A DNA stretch of 64,000 bases. Source: an uncultured Lachnospiraceae bacterium (GTDB lineage: Bacteria; Bacillota; Clostridia; Oscillospirales; CAG-272). The stretch spans positions 2,199 to 66,198 of the forward strand of contig CAZMAF010000002.1 of NCBI GenBank assembly GCA_964564225.1, given 5' to 3'. The position numbers were made by a program, and so were the translations under genes. Shown here in pieces: positions 1 to 10,435 of this stretch (position 1 is its first letter; every line of letters begins with the position of its first letter). Under the pieces are notes generated by a model. That model was not told where the DNA came from. It saw only the letters and a list, made by a program, of their open reading frames with translations, and did not search any database.

Positions 1-2165
1 CCTATGCGGCGAAGTTCTCTGCCTGCATCCTTATCAAAGAAGGATGTCATGCCGCCGTTTTCGTCGAATACGACTTGGGCAAAGGGGGTTTCGAGGGTGT
101 TGTTTTCAAACGTAAAGGGGGATACGCCCTCGTCGGCAACAGTCGTTACAGGGAAGGACTTAGCACCGAGCGCATCAATGACAACACCGCCGATGAGTAC
201 CTTGTTTTCGCCTTTCAGATTCGTGTAACGCTGAACAATAGTGCCTTCGGGATATACGCCGGTATCATCGGATACGATTACGTCGTTTCTGTCAAACGAG
301 GTGGTATTGAAGTATGTAACGCCTTTTCCTGCGGTGAAAGTGCTTGCTGCCGTTTTTGAAATCGTGTTAGCTTCTTCGATGACTGCAAGGTTTTCCTCGA
401 CTGCTTTTTGTGTTACACCGGTGTAGCAGGTGCCGGGCAGAATATCGTGGAATTGATTTTGGAGGAGCACTTCGTAAAGCTCGGTGGTTTTTTCGTCCTT
501 ATCTTTGTCTGCGAGAACGTTGAAATAGTCCATATCGTGCAGAGCAAATTCGCACTTACGGTTTGTGCGTTTGATATCGTGCATCTGTGTCAGCGTACCT
601 CTGTGAAGCTCAAGGTAGAGTTCGCCTGCGTAGGTGGGGAGCTGATCCGCAGCTTCCTCAGCAGACTTCATAAAGTCGCTGACAGTAGTGTAATAGGTTT
701 CGGGAAGACCGGCAACGTCCTTAATGCGGCGCGCTTTTTCGAGCATTGCGGAGGTAGGTCCGCCGCCGCCATCGCCGTGACCGAAGGGAAGGAGCTTTCT
801 TTCAAAGCCCTGTTTGTTCGTTACGTCGGCAATATTTTTAACGACGTCGGCAACGTCGGGAATTACGTCTATGAGGTGCAGATGCGTGAGAACGTTTGAT
901 CCGTCGATACCCTTCCACTTGAAGGTGGTGTAGGGGAAGCGGTTGAGGTCGTTCCAGCTCATTTTGGTGGTGTAGAAATACTTGACGTCGCTTTCAAGCA
1001 TAATCTGCGGAATTGCGGGGCTGTAACCGAAGGTGTCGGGCAGCCAGAAGCAGTCTGCGGTATAGTCGAAATACTTTCTTGTGTAAAGCTGACCGTACAG
1101 GAACTGTCTTGCCATAAGTTCACCCGAGGTAATATTACAGTCACATTCTACCCATACGCCGCCATTGGGCTCATATCTGCCTTCTTTGATGTATTTCGTG
1201 ATACGCTCAAAGGTGTCGGGGTAGTGACGGCGAAGCCAGTCGAGGTGGAGCGCCGAGGACTGCATGAACTTGTATTCGGGATAACGGTCCATCAGGGCGC
1301 AGACGTTGGAAAAGGTACGCGCGCTCTTGCGGATGGTTTCGGAAACGGGCCAAAGCCATGCGGTGTCAAGGTGGGAAGCTCCGATGATACCGACTTTGCC
1401 GCGACTTTCGTCGGATTGCGATTTTTTCAGAAATTCACGGAGGATGGCGTTGCTTTTGACAACCGCTGTCTGTACGGTTTCCTTGTCATAGTGAGCAGGG
1501 TATTGGATGATGGTTGCAAAAACCTGCTCGCAAGCAGTGCGTGCGCGCGCACGTACGTAATTGTTTACGTCGAGTTTCTGAGCCATTTGTGTGGTGAGAT
1601 TGAGGTTGAAAACAAAGTCGTAGATATCTTCGTTAACGACACATACGTCGAGCGACGTAAACGTACATTTGTACGCAGGGCCTTTGGGATCGTCCTGGCC
1701 GTAGTAGTTGTAAGGCTTTTCGTCAACCTGGAAGTGACCTGCGTAGCATTCGAGTGCTACCGATACGGTTTCGCCTGCTTTAGCGGAGGGGGAGAGTACC
1801 TGGCATGAGTGCATAATGCCCATGAAGTCTCCTTTGCTGTTGAAGATACCGTCGGGTCTTCCGTTGCGGAAATAGAGAGTCTCGTAGGCATCGGTATGAG
1901 GAACCAGCCAGAGGGACTTTCCTTCAAGATGCGTGGGAACGGTATATTCGCCTACGATCCACATGTTCATATATTCGCCGCCCCATGCGGTGTTTTTGAC
2001 CAAGGGGGCAAGACCTTCGGTCGGCGCCTGTCTTAAATGCTCCGGCGTTTCGAGGTAACGAAGGTCGGTGATCTCATCGACTTTTTCGTACATCATTTGT
2101 GCGTAGAGTTTATTCATGGCGTCGAGTTTGCGGCACATTCTGTTAGAGTAAGATTCGCAAATCAT
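1..2165 (-). CDS. Glycoside hydrolase family 38 alpha-mannosidase (N-terminal ~720 aa; C-terminus lies beyond the window start)
   Basis: Absent from the ORF track because there is no stop inside the window. My minus-strand translation from ATG 2165-2163 (GGAGA RBS upstream) stays open to position 1 (MICESYSNRM...). It contains the GH38 hallmarks IIGASHLDTAWLWP and CFWLPDTFGYSPAIPQI. Confidence 0.8.
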   Translation of the reverse strand, partial: MICESYSNRMCRKLDAMNKLYAQMMYEKVDEITDLRYLETPEHLRQAPTEGLAPLVKNTAWGGEYMNMWIVGEYTVPTHLEGKSLWLVPHTDAYETLYFRNGRPDGIFNSKGDFMGIMHSCQVLSPSAKAGETVSVALECYAGHFQVDEKPYNYYGQDDPKGPAYKCTFTSLDVCVVNEDIYDFVFNLNLTTQMAQKLDVNNYVRARARTACEQVFATIIQYPAHYDKETVQTAVVKSNAILREFLKKSQSDESRGKVGIIGASHLDTAWLWPVSETIRKSARTFSNVCALMDRYPEYKFMQSSALHLDWLRRHYPDTFERITKYIKEGRYEPNGGVWVECDCNITSGELMARQFLYGQLYTRKYFDYTADCFWLPDTFGYSPAIPQIMLESDVKYFYTTKMSWNDLNRFPYTTFKWKGIDGSNVLTHLHLIDVIPDVADVVKNIADVTNKQGFERKLLPFGHGDGGGGPTSAMLEKARRIKDVAGLPETYYTTVSDFMKSAEEAADQLPTYAGELYLELHRGTLTQMHDIKRTNRKCEFALHDMDYFNVLADKDKDEKTTELYEVLLQNQFHDILPGTCYTGVTQKAVEENLAVIEEANTISKTAASTFTAGKGVTYFNTTSFDRNDVIVSDDTGVYPEGTIVQRYTNLKGENKVLIGGVVIDALGAKSFPVTTVADEGVSPFTFENNTLETPFAQVVFDENGGMTSFFDKDAGRELRRI

Positions 2166-2340
2166 AGCTGTAAATCTCCTTGTTTTAGCGTATTTTATAA
2201 AAGGTATTGCTATTGTCCTTATTATACAGATTTCTTTTTGGAAAGTCAATGCTATTCGTAATATTTTGTGTATTTTTTTCGTGAATTTTGAAAATTTTTT
2301 TTTGATTTCTGAATTGATGTCTTTTGACGAAAAAAACTCC

Positions 2341-2369
2341 TTGACAAAAGTTGCGAAAGGTGATATACT
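2341..2369 (+). promoter_or_regulatory. Sigma-A type promoter of hom
   Basis: TTGACA (2341-2346), a 17-nt spacer ending in TGa, then TATACT (2364-2369), about 65 nt upstream of the hom start. Confidence 0.6.
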
Positions 2370-2432
2370 TTTTACATACTTGTTGCCTGATTTTTTGGGG
2401 TAACGTTCATGTTAAAGAGAGAGGGTGAAGTT

Positions 2433-3626
2433 ATGACGTCTATTGCGATTCTCGGATTTGGTACTGTCGGCAGCGGTGTAGCAGAGGTTTTGTCTCGGAA
2501 TATGGATAAGCTTCGTGATACCGTTGGAGATGAAATAGGTATCAAATACGTTCTGGACAAACGTGATCTTTTGGGTACGCCGTATCGGGATATGGTCGTT
2601 TCGGATATTGACGTGATTTTGAACGACCCCGAGGTTTCGGTGGTTTGCGAAATGCTTGGCGGTACGCAGCCTGCTTACGATTATTCGATGGCAGCATTGA
2701 AAGCCGGTAAAAGTGTTGTAACTTCCAATAAAGAGGTTGTAGCGCGTTTTGGCGTTTCGCTTCTTGAAACGGCGAAAGTAATGGGTGTGCATTATCTTTA
2801 CGAAGCTTCTGTCGGTGGCGGTATTCCTGTATTGCATGCGATGGACGATTCTCTTAAGGGCTGTCGTATTTCCCGTATTGACGGCATTCTGAACGGTACG
2901 ACTAACTATATTCTGACGCGGATGCATGACTGTATGTCAAGTTTTGAGGATGCGTTGGACGAGGCAAGAAGACTCGGCTATGCAGAGGCAAATCCTACGG
3001 CTGATATTTCGGGCGCCGATGCCTGCCGCAAGATCTGCATTCTGGCGGCGAAGGCGTGGGGAGAGCTGGTTTCCGGCGATGAAGTAGACTGCGAAGGTAT
3101 TACTGATATTACGTCGGAGGATAATCAATTTGCGATTACTTGCGACGGTGTGCTGAAGCTCGTGGGAAGCGCGGTAAAAAATGAAAACGGTTTGTATCTT
3201 ACGGTGTCCCCTTGTGTGGTGATGAATGATAATCCCCTTTCTTCCGCTAAAGGTGTTTTTAATGCCGTGAAATTCAGCGCGGGCGATCTTGGTGACGTTT
3301 TGTTTTACGGTATGGGCGCGGGCAAATATCCGACGGCGAGTGCGGTTGTCAGTGATATTGTGGCGGCGTTAACGACCGATACTGAAAAATATGCAATCTT
3401 CCGTGAGTACGGCGGTACGCTTCTTTTGACCGATGACGTTCCTTTGGCTTATTGTCTTGCCGTCGATGCCGAATTTTCGACGCTTACTGCCAGAATTCCA
3501 TCTCTTGTACATTTGTCTTCGAAAGGTGAAACGCAGTACGTTCTTTGCGAGAATATGTCCAAGAAAGCGATTTTTGAAGCCCTTGACGGTATTTCCGTTT
3601 TAAAATGTATGCGTGCTGTTGTCTGA
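2433..3626 (+). CDS. hom: Homoserine dehydrogenase
   Basis: MTSIAILGFGTVGSGV Rossmann N-terminus, a homoserine-DH catalytic core and an ACT-like C-terminus. Start moved from 2409 to ATG 2433, which follows a GAGGGTGAAG RBS. Confidence 0.85.
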   Translation: MTSIAILGFGTVGSGVAEVLSRNMDKLRDTVGDEIGIKYVLDKRDLLGTPYRDMVVSDIDVILNDPEVSVVCEMLGGTQPAYDYSMAALKAGKSVVTSNKEVVARFGVSLLETAKVMGVHYLYEASVGGGIPVLHAMDDSLKGCRISRIDGILNGTTNYILTRMHDCMSSFEDALDEARRLGYAEANPTADISGADACRKICILAAKAWGELVSGDEVDCEGITDITSEDNQFAITCDGVLKLVGSAVKNENGLYLTVSPCVVMNDNPLSSAKGVFNAVKFSAGDLGDVLFYGMGAGKYPTASAVVSDIVAALTTDTEKYAIFREYGGTLLLTDDVPLAYCLAVDAEFSTLTARIPSLVHLSSKGETQYVLCENMSKKAIFEALDGISVLKCMRAVV

Positions 3627-3653
3627 TTTACTGAAAATGATTAAAATTGAGTA

Positions 3654-3679
3654 ACGGTCGGCAACTGCCGACCGTTTTG
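3654..3679 (+). terminator. Rho-independent terminator after hom
   Basis: ACGGTCGGC-AACT-GCCGACCGT hairpin followed by TTTT. Confidence 0.7.
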
Positions 3680-3693
3680 CATAGGAGAATCGT

Positions 3694-4620
3694 ATGAATA
3701 TCAAGCATTCTATTGAAGAATTGATTGGCAATACGCCACTTTTTCTGCTTGGAAATTTTGCTTTGGCAGCCGGAGTTTCGGCGAATCTTTTGGCTAAACT
3801 TGAATATCTGAATCCCGCGGGAAGTGTAAAAGACCGTGCGGCGCTTCAGATGATTAAAGACGCTGAAGCAACCGGGCGTTTGAAAAAGGGCGGTGTGATT
3901 ATTGAGCCGACCAGTGGTAACACCGGAATCGGGCTTGCCGCAGTTGCCATTCCGAAGGGCTATCGGGTAATTCTGACTATGCCTGATACGATGAGCGTAG
4001 AGCGTCGCAGGTTGCTTGCAGCATACGGTGCTGAGGTAGTGCTGACATCCGGCGCGCTCGGTATGTCGGGCGCAATCGCGAAGGCAAAGTTGCTTGCTGC
4101 GGAAATTCCGGGCGCATTTATTCCGAGTCAGTTCGACAATCCGTCAAATGTAAAGGCGCATTATACGACGACGGGCCCCGAGATCTATCGCGATACCGAC
4201 GGTTGTGTGGATATTTTTGTTGCGACGGTGGGTACGGGCGGTACGCTGAGCGGTACGGCGCGTTATCTGAAAGAACAAAATCCGGAAATTAGGGTAGTAG
4301 CCGTAGAGCCGGAGGCATCGCCGCTTCTTTCCGCGGGATATGCTGCTCCGCATAAAATTCAGGGTATTGGGGCGAACTTTATTCCCGATATCCTCGATCA
4401 GACGATTTATGACGAAGTGATCGCAGTGAGCGATATTGAGTCGTATGAGGCGGCTCGTCTTTTTGCCAGGTGCGAAGGAATTCTGGTGGGCATTTCGTCT
4501 GGCGCTGCCCTTGCGGCTGCGCTCCGTCTTGCCAAGAATCCCGAAAACGAGGGCAAATCAATCGTTGTCATTTTGCCCGATACGGGAGATCGGTATTTGT
4601 CAACGGAATTGTTCGGCTAA
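3694..4620 (+). CDS. cysK: Cysteine synthase A (O-acetylserine sulfhydrylase), PLP-dependent
   Basis: IGNTPL...LEYLNPAGSVKDRAA (PLP lysine motif) and EPTSGNTGIGLA. Confidence 0.85.
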   Translation: MNIKHSIEELIGNTPLFLLGNFALAAGVSANLLAKLEYLNPAGSVKDRAALQMIKDAEATGRLKKGGVIIEPTSGNTGIGLAAVAIPKGYRVILTMPDTMSVERRRLLAAYGAEVVLTSGALGMSGAIAKAKLLAAEIPGAFIPSQFDNPSNVKAHYTTTGPEIYRDTDGCVDIFVATVGTGGTLSGTARYLKEQNPEIRVVAVEPEASPLLSAGYAAPHKIQGIGANFIPDILDQTIYDEVIAVSDIESYEAARLFARCEGILVGISSGAALAAALRLAKNPENEGKSIVVILPDTGDRYLSTELFG

Positions 4621-4647
4621 GCTGACTTGCGGTACATAAAAGTTGAT

Positions 4648-4676
4648 AAACGGCGGCTTTTGCCGTCGTTTATTTT
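4648..4676. terminator. Bidirectional hairpin terminator shared by cysK and the convergent symporter gene
   Basis: AAACGGCGGC-TTTT-GCCGTCGTTT stem with A/T runs on both sides. It overlaps the symporter stop codon. Confidence 0.6.
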
Positions 4677-5977
4677 CGGAAAAAATCATTTGTCGTTTTT
4701 TGAATATCGCGGATAAAATAAAGAATATAGCCTGTGTTGATAAAAGTCATGAGTCCCAGCGTGATGTCGGATAATTGCCAAAAAATATCGGCGCTTCCGA
4801 TTGCTCCGAGAAAGGCGACGAGGGCAAAAAGCAAAAGATAGGTCTTGGTGACAAAGTGGTTTCGGGTGAAATATTCAAGAGAACATTTGCCGTAATATGA
4901 CCAGCTGACTAAGGTGGCAAGCACGAAAAAGAAAATACAAAGCGGCAAAATCAGAGCGGCGGTTTTTCCAAAAAGCGTTTCAAAGGCGTATGCGACGAGG
5001 GAGTATCCGTCGGAAGAGGGCGACTGTTTCAGCGCTAACAGGAAAACAAGCCCCGAAGCGGTACAGAGGATTACGGTGTCGAAAAACACCTCAACGATAC
5101 CGAGAAGTCCTTGTTTAGCGCCGTCGTCTGTGTCAGCGGAGGCGTGTGCGATTGGTGCTGTGCCGCAACCGGCTTCATTGGTGACGAGTCCTTTGGAAAA
5201 ACCGACTTTAATTGTCTGAAAAAGCATTGTGCCTCCGATGCCGCCACCGATAGCTTGCAGGGAAAAGGCATTTTTGAAAATCGTGGCAAAGAGCGAAGGA
5301 AGGGCGCTTGTGTTTTTCAGTATAATAACGGCACACATACCGAGATATACGATGGATAAAAACGGAACGGCTATCGAACAAAACCGTGTAATGCGCCCGA
5401 TACCGCGTCGTGTGACGAGATAAGTCAGAATGGCAAGCGCACCGCCTGTGAGATAGGGTGAGAGCGAAAAGCTTGAGGCAAATGCATCACTGACTGCCTT
5501 AGCCTGCAAGAGATTGCCGACGGTAAAGGATGAGGCAATACAGAGAATGGCAAAAAGTGAGGCAAGAGGACGGTGTGGAATATAGTACATTGCGCCGCCA
5601 ATATGTTGGCGAAATGCCTGTAATTTGGAATGATCGGCATAATCTTCACGACGGTATCGAATAGCAAGCAGAGTTTCAGCATATTTAAGGATCATAGCAA
5701 ACAGAGCGCTGATCCACATCCAGAAGAGCGCTCCCGCGCCTCCTGTTGTTACGGCGTAAGCAACGCCGACGATATTGCCGACACCGAGTGTGCCTGCAAG
5801 GGCAACGGCCAAAGCACGCCACGATGTATTCTCGCTTGAAGAGAATAGTGTTGATAATACACGCTTTATTTTGAAGATGGGAAAGAATTTCAGCCTGACG
5901 TACAGAACGATACCGACGAAAGTGAGGAAAAAAGGCAGTAGCGGAGTAATGAGGGAGTTTGCGAGAAAATTGAGCAT
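4670..5977 (-). CDS. Sodium:alanine (alanine/glycine:cation) symporter family transporter
   Basis: Polytopic membrane protein. GTLGVGNIVGVAYAVTTGGAGALFWMW is typical of the AGCS family. Confidence 0.8.
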   Translation of the reverse strand: MLNFLANSLITPLLPFFLTFVGIVLYVRLKFFPIFKIKRVLSTLFSSSENTSWRALAVALAGTLGVGNIVGVAYAVTTGGAGALFWMWISALFAMILKYAETLLAIRYRREDYADHSKLQAFRQHIGGAMYYIPHRPLASLFAILCIASSFTVGNLLQAKAVSDAFASSFSLSPYLTGGALAILTYLVTRRGIGRITRFCSIAVPFLSIVYLGMCAVIILKNTSALPSLFATIFKNAFSLQAIGGGIGGTMLFQTIKVGFSKGLVTNEAGCGTAPIAHASADTDDGAKQGLLGIVEVFFDTVILCTASGLVFLLALKQSPSSDGYSLVAYAFETLFGKTAALILPLCIFFFVLATLVSWSYYGKCSLEYFTRNHFVTKTYLLLFALVAFLGAIGSADIFWQLSDITLGLMTFINTGYILYFIRDIQKTTNDFFRK

Positions 5978-6076
5978 AGTACACCTCCTTTTTCAAGATT
6001 AGTTTACTTTATTCGAAAGGAGCGGGAAAAGTCTGCCTGAAATGTTAATTTTTTGTAAAAAAAGGCAGGCGGGTTA

Positions 6077-6104
6077 TTGATATACTGATAAATTTGTATA
6101 CAAT
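6077..6104 (+). promoter_or_regulatory. Candidate sigma-A promoter of groES-groEL
   Basis: TTGATA-N16-TACAAT, about 80 nt upstream of groES. No CIRCE element is visible. Confidence 0.4.
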
Positions 6105-6186
6105 ATAAGGTGTTCGCATATCGCAAACGAAGCGCTGAAAATGGTGTGGATTGTTTGCTTTTGTAAAGAAAGGATGGTATCAGAAT

Positions 6187-6474
6187 ATGACATTAAAGCC
6201 TCTTCAGGACCGCGTTGTTGTGAAAATGGTAGAAGCAGAGGAAACCACGAAAAGCGGTATTCTTCTGACGGCAAGCGCAAAGGAAAAGCCGCAGATCGCA
6301 GAGATCGTTGCGGTAGGACCGGGTACGCGCGCAGAAGACGGAACGCTCATTCCGCTTGACGTAACCATTGGTCAGAAGGTTATTACTTCGAAATATTCGG
6401 GCACGGAAATTAAGCTTGACGGTCAGGAATATATTATTGTTAAATGCGCTGATATTCTGGCGGTAGTAGAATAA
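6187..6474 (+). CDS. groES: Co-chaperonin GroES
   Basis: MTLKPLQDRVVVKMVEAEETTKSGILL. Start trimmed to ATG 6187 after an AAGGATGG RBS. Confidence 0.95.
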   Translation: MTLKPLQDRVVVKMVEAEETTKSGILLTASAKEKPQIAEIVAVGPGTRAEDGTLIPLDVTIGQKVITSKYSGTEIKLDGQEYIIVKCADILAVVE

Positions 6475-6485
6475 GCACACGGTAA

Positions 6486-8162
<1,677 letters not shown>

Positions 8163-8181
8163 TTGTTTCACTAAAGCTTAT

Positions 8182-8215
8182 AAAAAAACCACTTGCCGTG
8201 AGCAAGTGGTTTTTT
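8182..8215. terminator. Bidirectional terminator between groEL and the convergent response-regulator gene
   Basis: A-run, CCACTTGC-CGTGA-GCAAGTGG, then T-run. Confidence 0.8.
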
Positions 8216-8225
8216 ATGTAGAGCG

Positions 8226-8915
8226 TTATTGTAAAACTTCGAATTTATAGCCGACACCCCAAACGGTTTTGAGAAGCCATTTTTCCGATACGCCGTCGAG
8301 TTTTTCCCGGAGTCTTTTCACATGAACGTCAACCGTTCTTGAGTCACCGAGATAGTCAAATCCCCACACCTTATCAAGAAGCTGGTCGCGCGAGAATACG
8401 CGATTGTAATTCGAGGCAAGGAAGTAGAGCAGTTCAAGCTCTTTGGGCGGCACGTCAACGCTTTTTCCGCGCAGCTTTAATTCGTATTTCTGGCGGCTGA
8501 TCTCAATATTGTCAAAGCGGACGACCTCGTTGTCGATGGCAACTTCGCGCGTAGAGCAACGGCGAAGGATCGCTTTGATGCGTGCGATCAGTTCTTTGAT
8601 GTCGATCGGCTTTACGAGAAAATCGTCGGCACCAAGCTCAAGACCGAGAACCTTGTCAAAGGTTTCGCTCTTGGCGGTAATCATAATGATCGGTTTATTT
8701 GAAATTTCGCGAATCTCTCGGCAAACCTGCCAGCCGTCTTTACGGGGAAGCATGATGTCAAGAAGTACGAGATCAGGCTCGTACATTTTGAAGAAATTCA
8801 TACCTTCCACGCCGTCCGAAGCAGTTTTTACCTCGTAGCCTTCGCTTTCTAAATGAAGCGATAGCATTTCGCTGATATTGGAATCGTCGTCAATCACAAG
8901 AAGCTTAATTCCCAT
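8226..8915 (-). CDS. OmpR/PhoB-family two-component response regulator
   Basis: Receiver domain (LLVIDDD...DLVLLDIMLP...ITAKS) plus a winged-helix output domain (TVDVHVKRLREKL...WGVGYKF). Confidence 0.9.
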   Translation of the reverse strand: MGIKLLVIDDDSNISEMLSLHLESEGYEVKTASDGVEGMNFFKMYEPDLVLLDIMLPRKDGWQVCREIREISNKPIIMITAKSETFDKVLGLELGADDFLVKPIDIKELIARIKAILRRCSTREVAIDNEVVRFDNIEISRQKYELKLRGKSVDVPPKELELLYFLASNYNRVFSRDQLLDKVWGFDYLGDSRTVDVHVKRLREKLDGVSEKWLLKTVWGVGYKFEVLQ

Positions 8916-8985
8916 TCATACCTCCGGAGATGTCTGTCGCCGTTGCCGCAAAGGCAAAGCGCAGTTGCATAGTTTTCTAAAATAA

Positions 8986-9014
8986 ATTATATAACGAAAG
9001 TTTGAATTTGTCAA
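8986..9014 (-). promoter_or_regulatory. Sigma-A promoter of the response-regulator gene
   Basis: On the minus strand: TTGACA (9014-9009), N17, TATAAT (8991-8986). Confidence 0.6.
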
Positions 9015-9062
9015 GAGTAAATTGTTAACTTCGTTAAAAAATCTCAAAAGTTCATAATTTTA

Positions 9063-9287
9063 GTGAAAAGTCGTTGCGGATTTTTTTATTTTTTTAAAAG
9101 TAGTTTTGTCAATGATGTAATACTAAATAAAATATATAATCGCAATTTACCAAATCGTAGCAATCTCTTCCACTACAAAAACATACATTACTACCTGTTC
9201 GCAAAATCCGGATTTACTAAGGGGTGCGTAGACAAGGCGGTCTCGCTAGGAAACGTAACGCTGGTTGAGTATGGGGATATGGTCTAA
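9063..9287 (+). pseudogene. C-terminal remnant of an ATPase-associated (DUF234-like) protein
   Basis: Only the tail ...HYYLFAKSGFTKGCVDKAVSLGNVTLVEYGDMV resembles a known family (as I recall it). There is no credible N-terminus or RBS, and the context is AT-rich. Confidence 0.3.
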
Positions 9288-9313
9288 TAACGACAGTTGG
9301 GAAGAAATATAGA

Positions 9314-9860
9314 ATGGCTAATAAATTGACATATAGAACGGAAGATGAAGTGCGCGACAGTGCAAAAATAATTCTTGGTTTTGATCAAGCAGAATTGAAA
9401 GTAAAGCAAGGAACAGGACAGATTACAACATTTAATCAATTGGGTCTTAAAGAAATAAATGATAAACCTGATGGATGGTATCTTCCGGATGATAAAGGTG
9501 CACCCGCTATCATATTAGAAACAAAATCTGAGGCAGAAGATATTTTTCTTCAAAAATGGGTCGATGAGCTTGCTAAAAACTGCGATATTGTTTTGAAAAA
9601 ATATAAAGATGTTATTGGTATACTTTATAATGGCATTGATAAAAAAGAATGTGCAAACGTTTTTGGTAACGGTATTAAAAGCGAGCATTGGTAGCATTTA
9701 TACTTGGGGTGATTCTATATCTTGCAAATCCATACAAAAAGATACCATAAAATTACCCGTTGATGATAATGGTTATCCTAATTACGATTATATGGAACGA
9801 TATATGAGCGTTATTGAGAGAAAAACAGAAGAAAAAATGAAAATTTTAATGTTTGCATAA
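9314..9860 (+). pseudogene. Decayed restriction-modification remnant: a PD-(D/E)xK/HSDR_N-like N-terminus joined out of frame to a specificity-subunit-like C-terminal tail
   Basis: ORF 9314-9694 carries KPDGWYLPDD...AIILETKS...IGILYNG (nuclease-fold motif) and stops at 9692. A different frame (9609-9860) ends ...IKLPVDDNGYPNYDYMERYMSVIERK, like TRD/HsdS tails. The two frames overlap by 86 nt. Confidence 0.4.
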
Positions 9861-9980
9861 ATCTAACGAACTATGCTGCTATCAAATCGTGATTGCCACG
9901 CCGAGATAGCGGTTTTTCTAAAGTATTATGCTTTTTTAACAATGTCACAAACTTGGCACAAAATTGGCAGAGTTTTTCCG

Positions 9981-10009
9981 ATGACAAGTTAAAGTGAATA
10001 TGTTATAAT
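9981..10009 (+). promoter_or_regulatory. Strong orphan sigma-A promoter (no downstream CDS)
   Basis: ATGACA-N17 (ending TGT)-TATAAT. The transcript would run straight into the 10020-10072 hairpin. Confidence 0.45.
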
Positions 10010-10019
10010 AGTATCGTCA

Positions 10020-10072
10020 AAAAGTGTAAGCTTTGATGGGGGCGTAAAGCTCCGGTTTTAGCTTACACTTTT
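10020..10072. other. Perfect 13-bp-stem hairpin (candidate small RNA, terminator or element end)
   Basis: AAAAGTGTAAGCT, a 27-nt loop, then AGCTTACACTTTT. The loop contains an AGCTTT/AAAGCT sub-stem. Confidence 0.3.
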
Positions 10073-10266
10073 CATTTTGGTATAGTCTAAATATAGCCGA
10101 TATCAAGGCGTTTTTGGAATGCTTTCGATAACGGCTTTTTGTTGTGCGATCTGAGGAACGAAGCCAAACTATACGTTTGTTCTGTTTGTTGGTACAAAGA
10201 AGCTCGTCAAACGGAAAGCGTTCGAGAATTTTATTCAAAATACGCTGATTATTTAGACAAGAGCTA

Positions 10267-10295
10267 TTGAAAAAACTATGCCAATGTGATATAAT
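10267..10295 (+). promoter_or_regulatory. Strong promoter in front of the integrase remnant; probably now drives ychF and the kinase gene
   Basis: TTGAAA-N17 (ending TGTGA)-TATAAT. It lies inside a GCCAATG...CATTGGC hairpin followed by a T-run. Confidence 0.5.
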
Positions 10296-10342
10296 ACAAC
10301 GTATTGCATTGGCTCTTTTTTCAACAGAGAAAGGAGTTAATA

Positions 10343-10435
10343 ATGGGTAAAAACCTAAGAGGCAAAGAAATTGGCAAAGGCACCCGCCAAAGAAAAGACG
10401 GTTTAACGCATTTTCGAGGCGAAAAAAACTTGTAA
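10343..10435 (+). pseudogene. 30-aa N-terminal stub of a tyrosine integrase (arm-type DNA-binding domain)
   Basis: My translation gives MGKNLRGKEIGKGTRQRKDGLTHFRGEKNL*, preceded by an AAAGGAG RBS. The GxxQRKDG pattern is typical of ICE/phage integrase N-termini. The ORF is too short for the ORF track. Confidence 0.5.

Noticed and set aside
4-2261. A series of short plus-strand ORFs (for example 408-899, 1224-1808) listed in the track at the left edge
   Set aside because: The minus strand here is one uninterrupted GH38 alpha-mannosidase reading frame with clear catalytic motifs. The plus-strand ORFs are antisense artefacts.
2370-2432. T-box, riboswitch or attenuator ahead of hom (and of cysK at 3627-3693)
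   Set aside because: The leaders are only about 60 nt and contain no specifier or antiterminator architecture. The only structure before cysK is the hom terminator.
5978-6100. Glycine riboswitch or other leader upstream of the alanine/glycine symporter gene
   Set aside because: The minus-strand leader is short and AT-rich. It lacks the conserved GGAGAG...CACCG-type cores, and only a weak 6-bp stem (CTGCCT/AGGCAG) is present.
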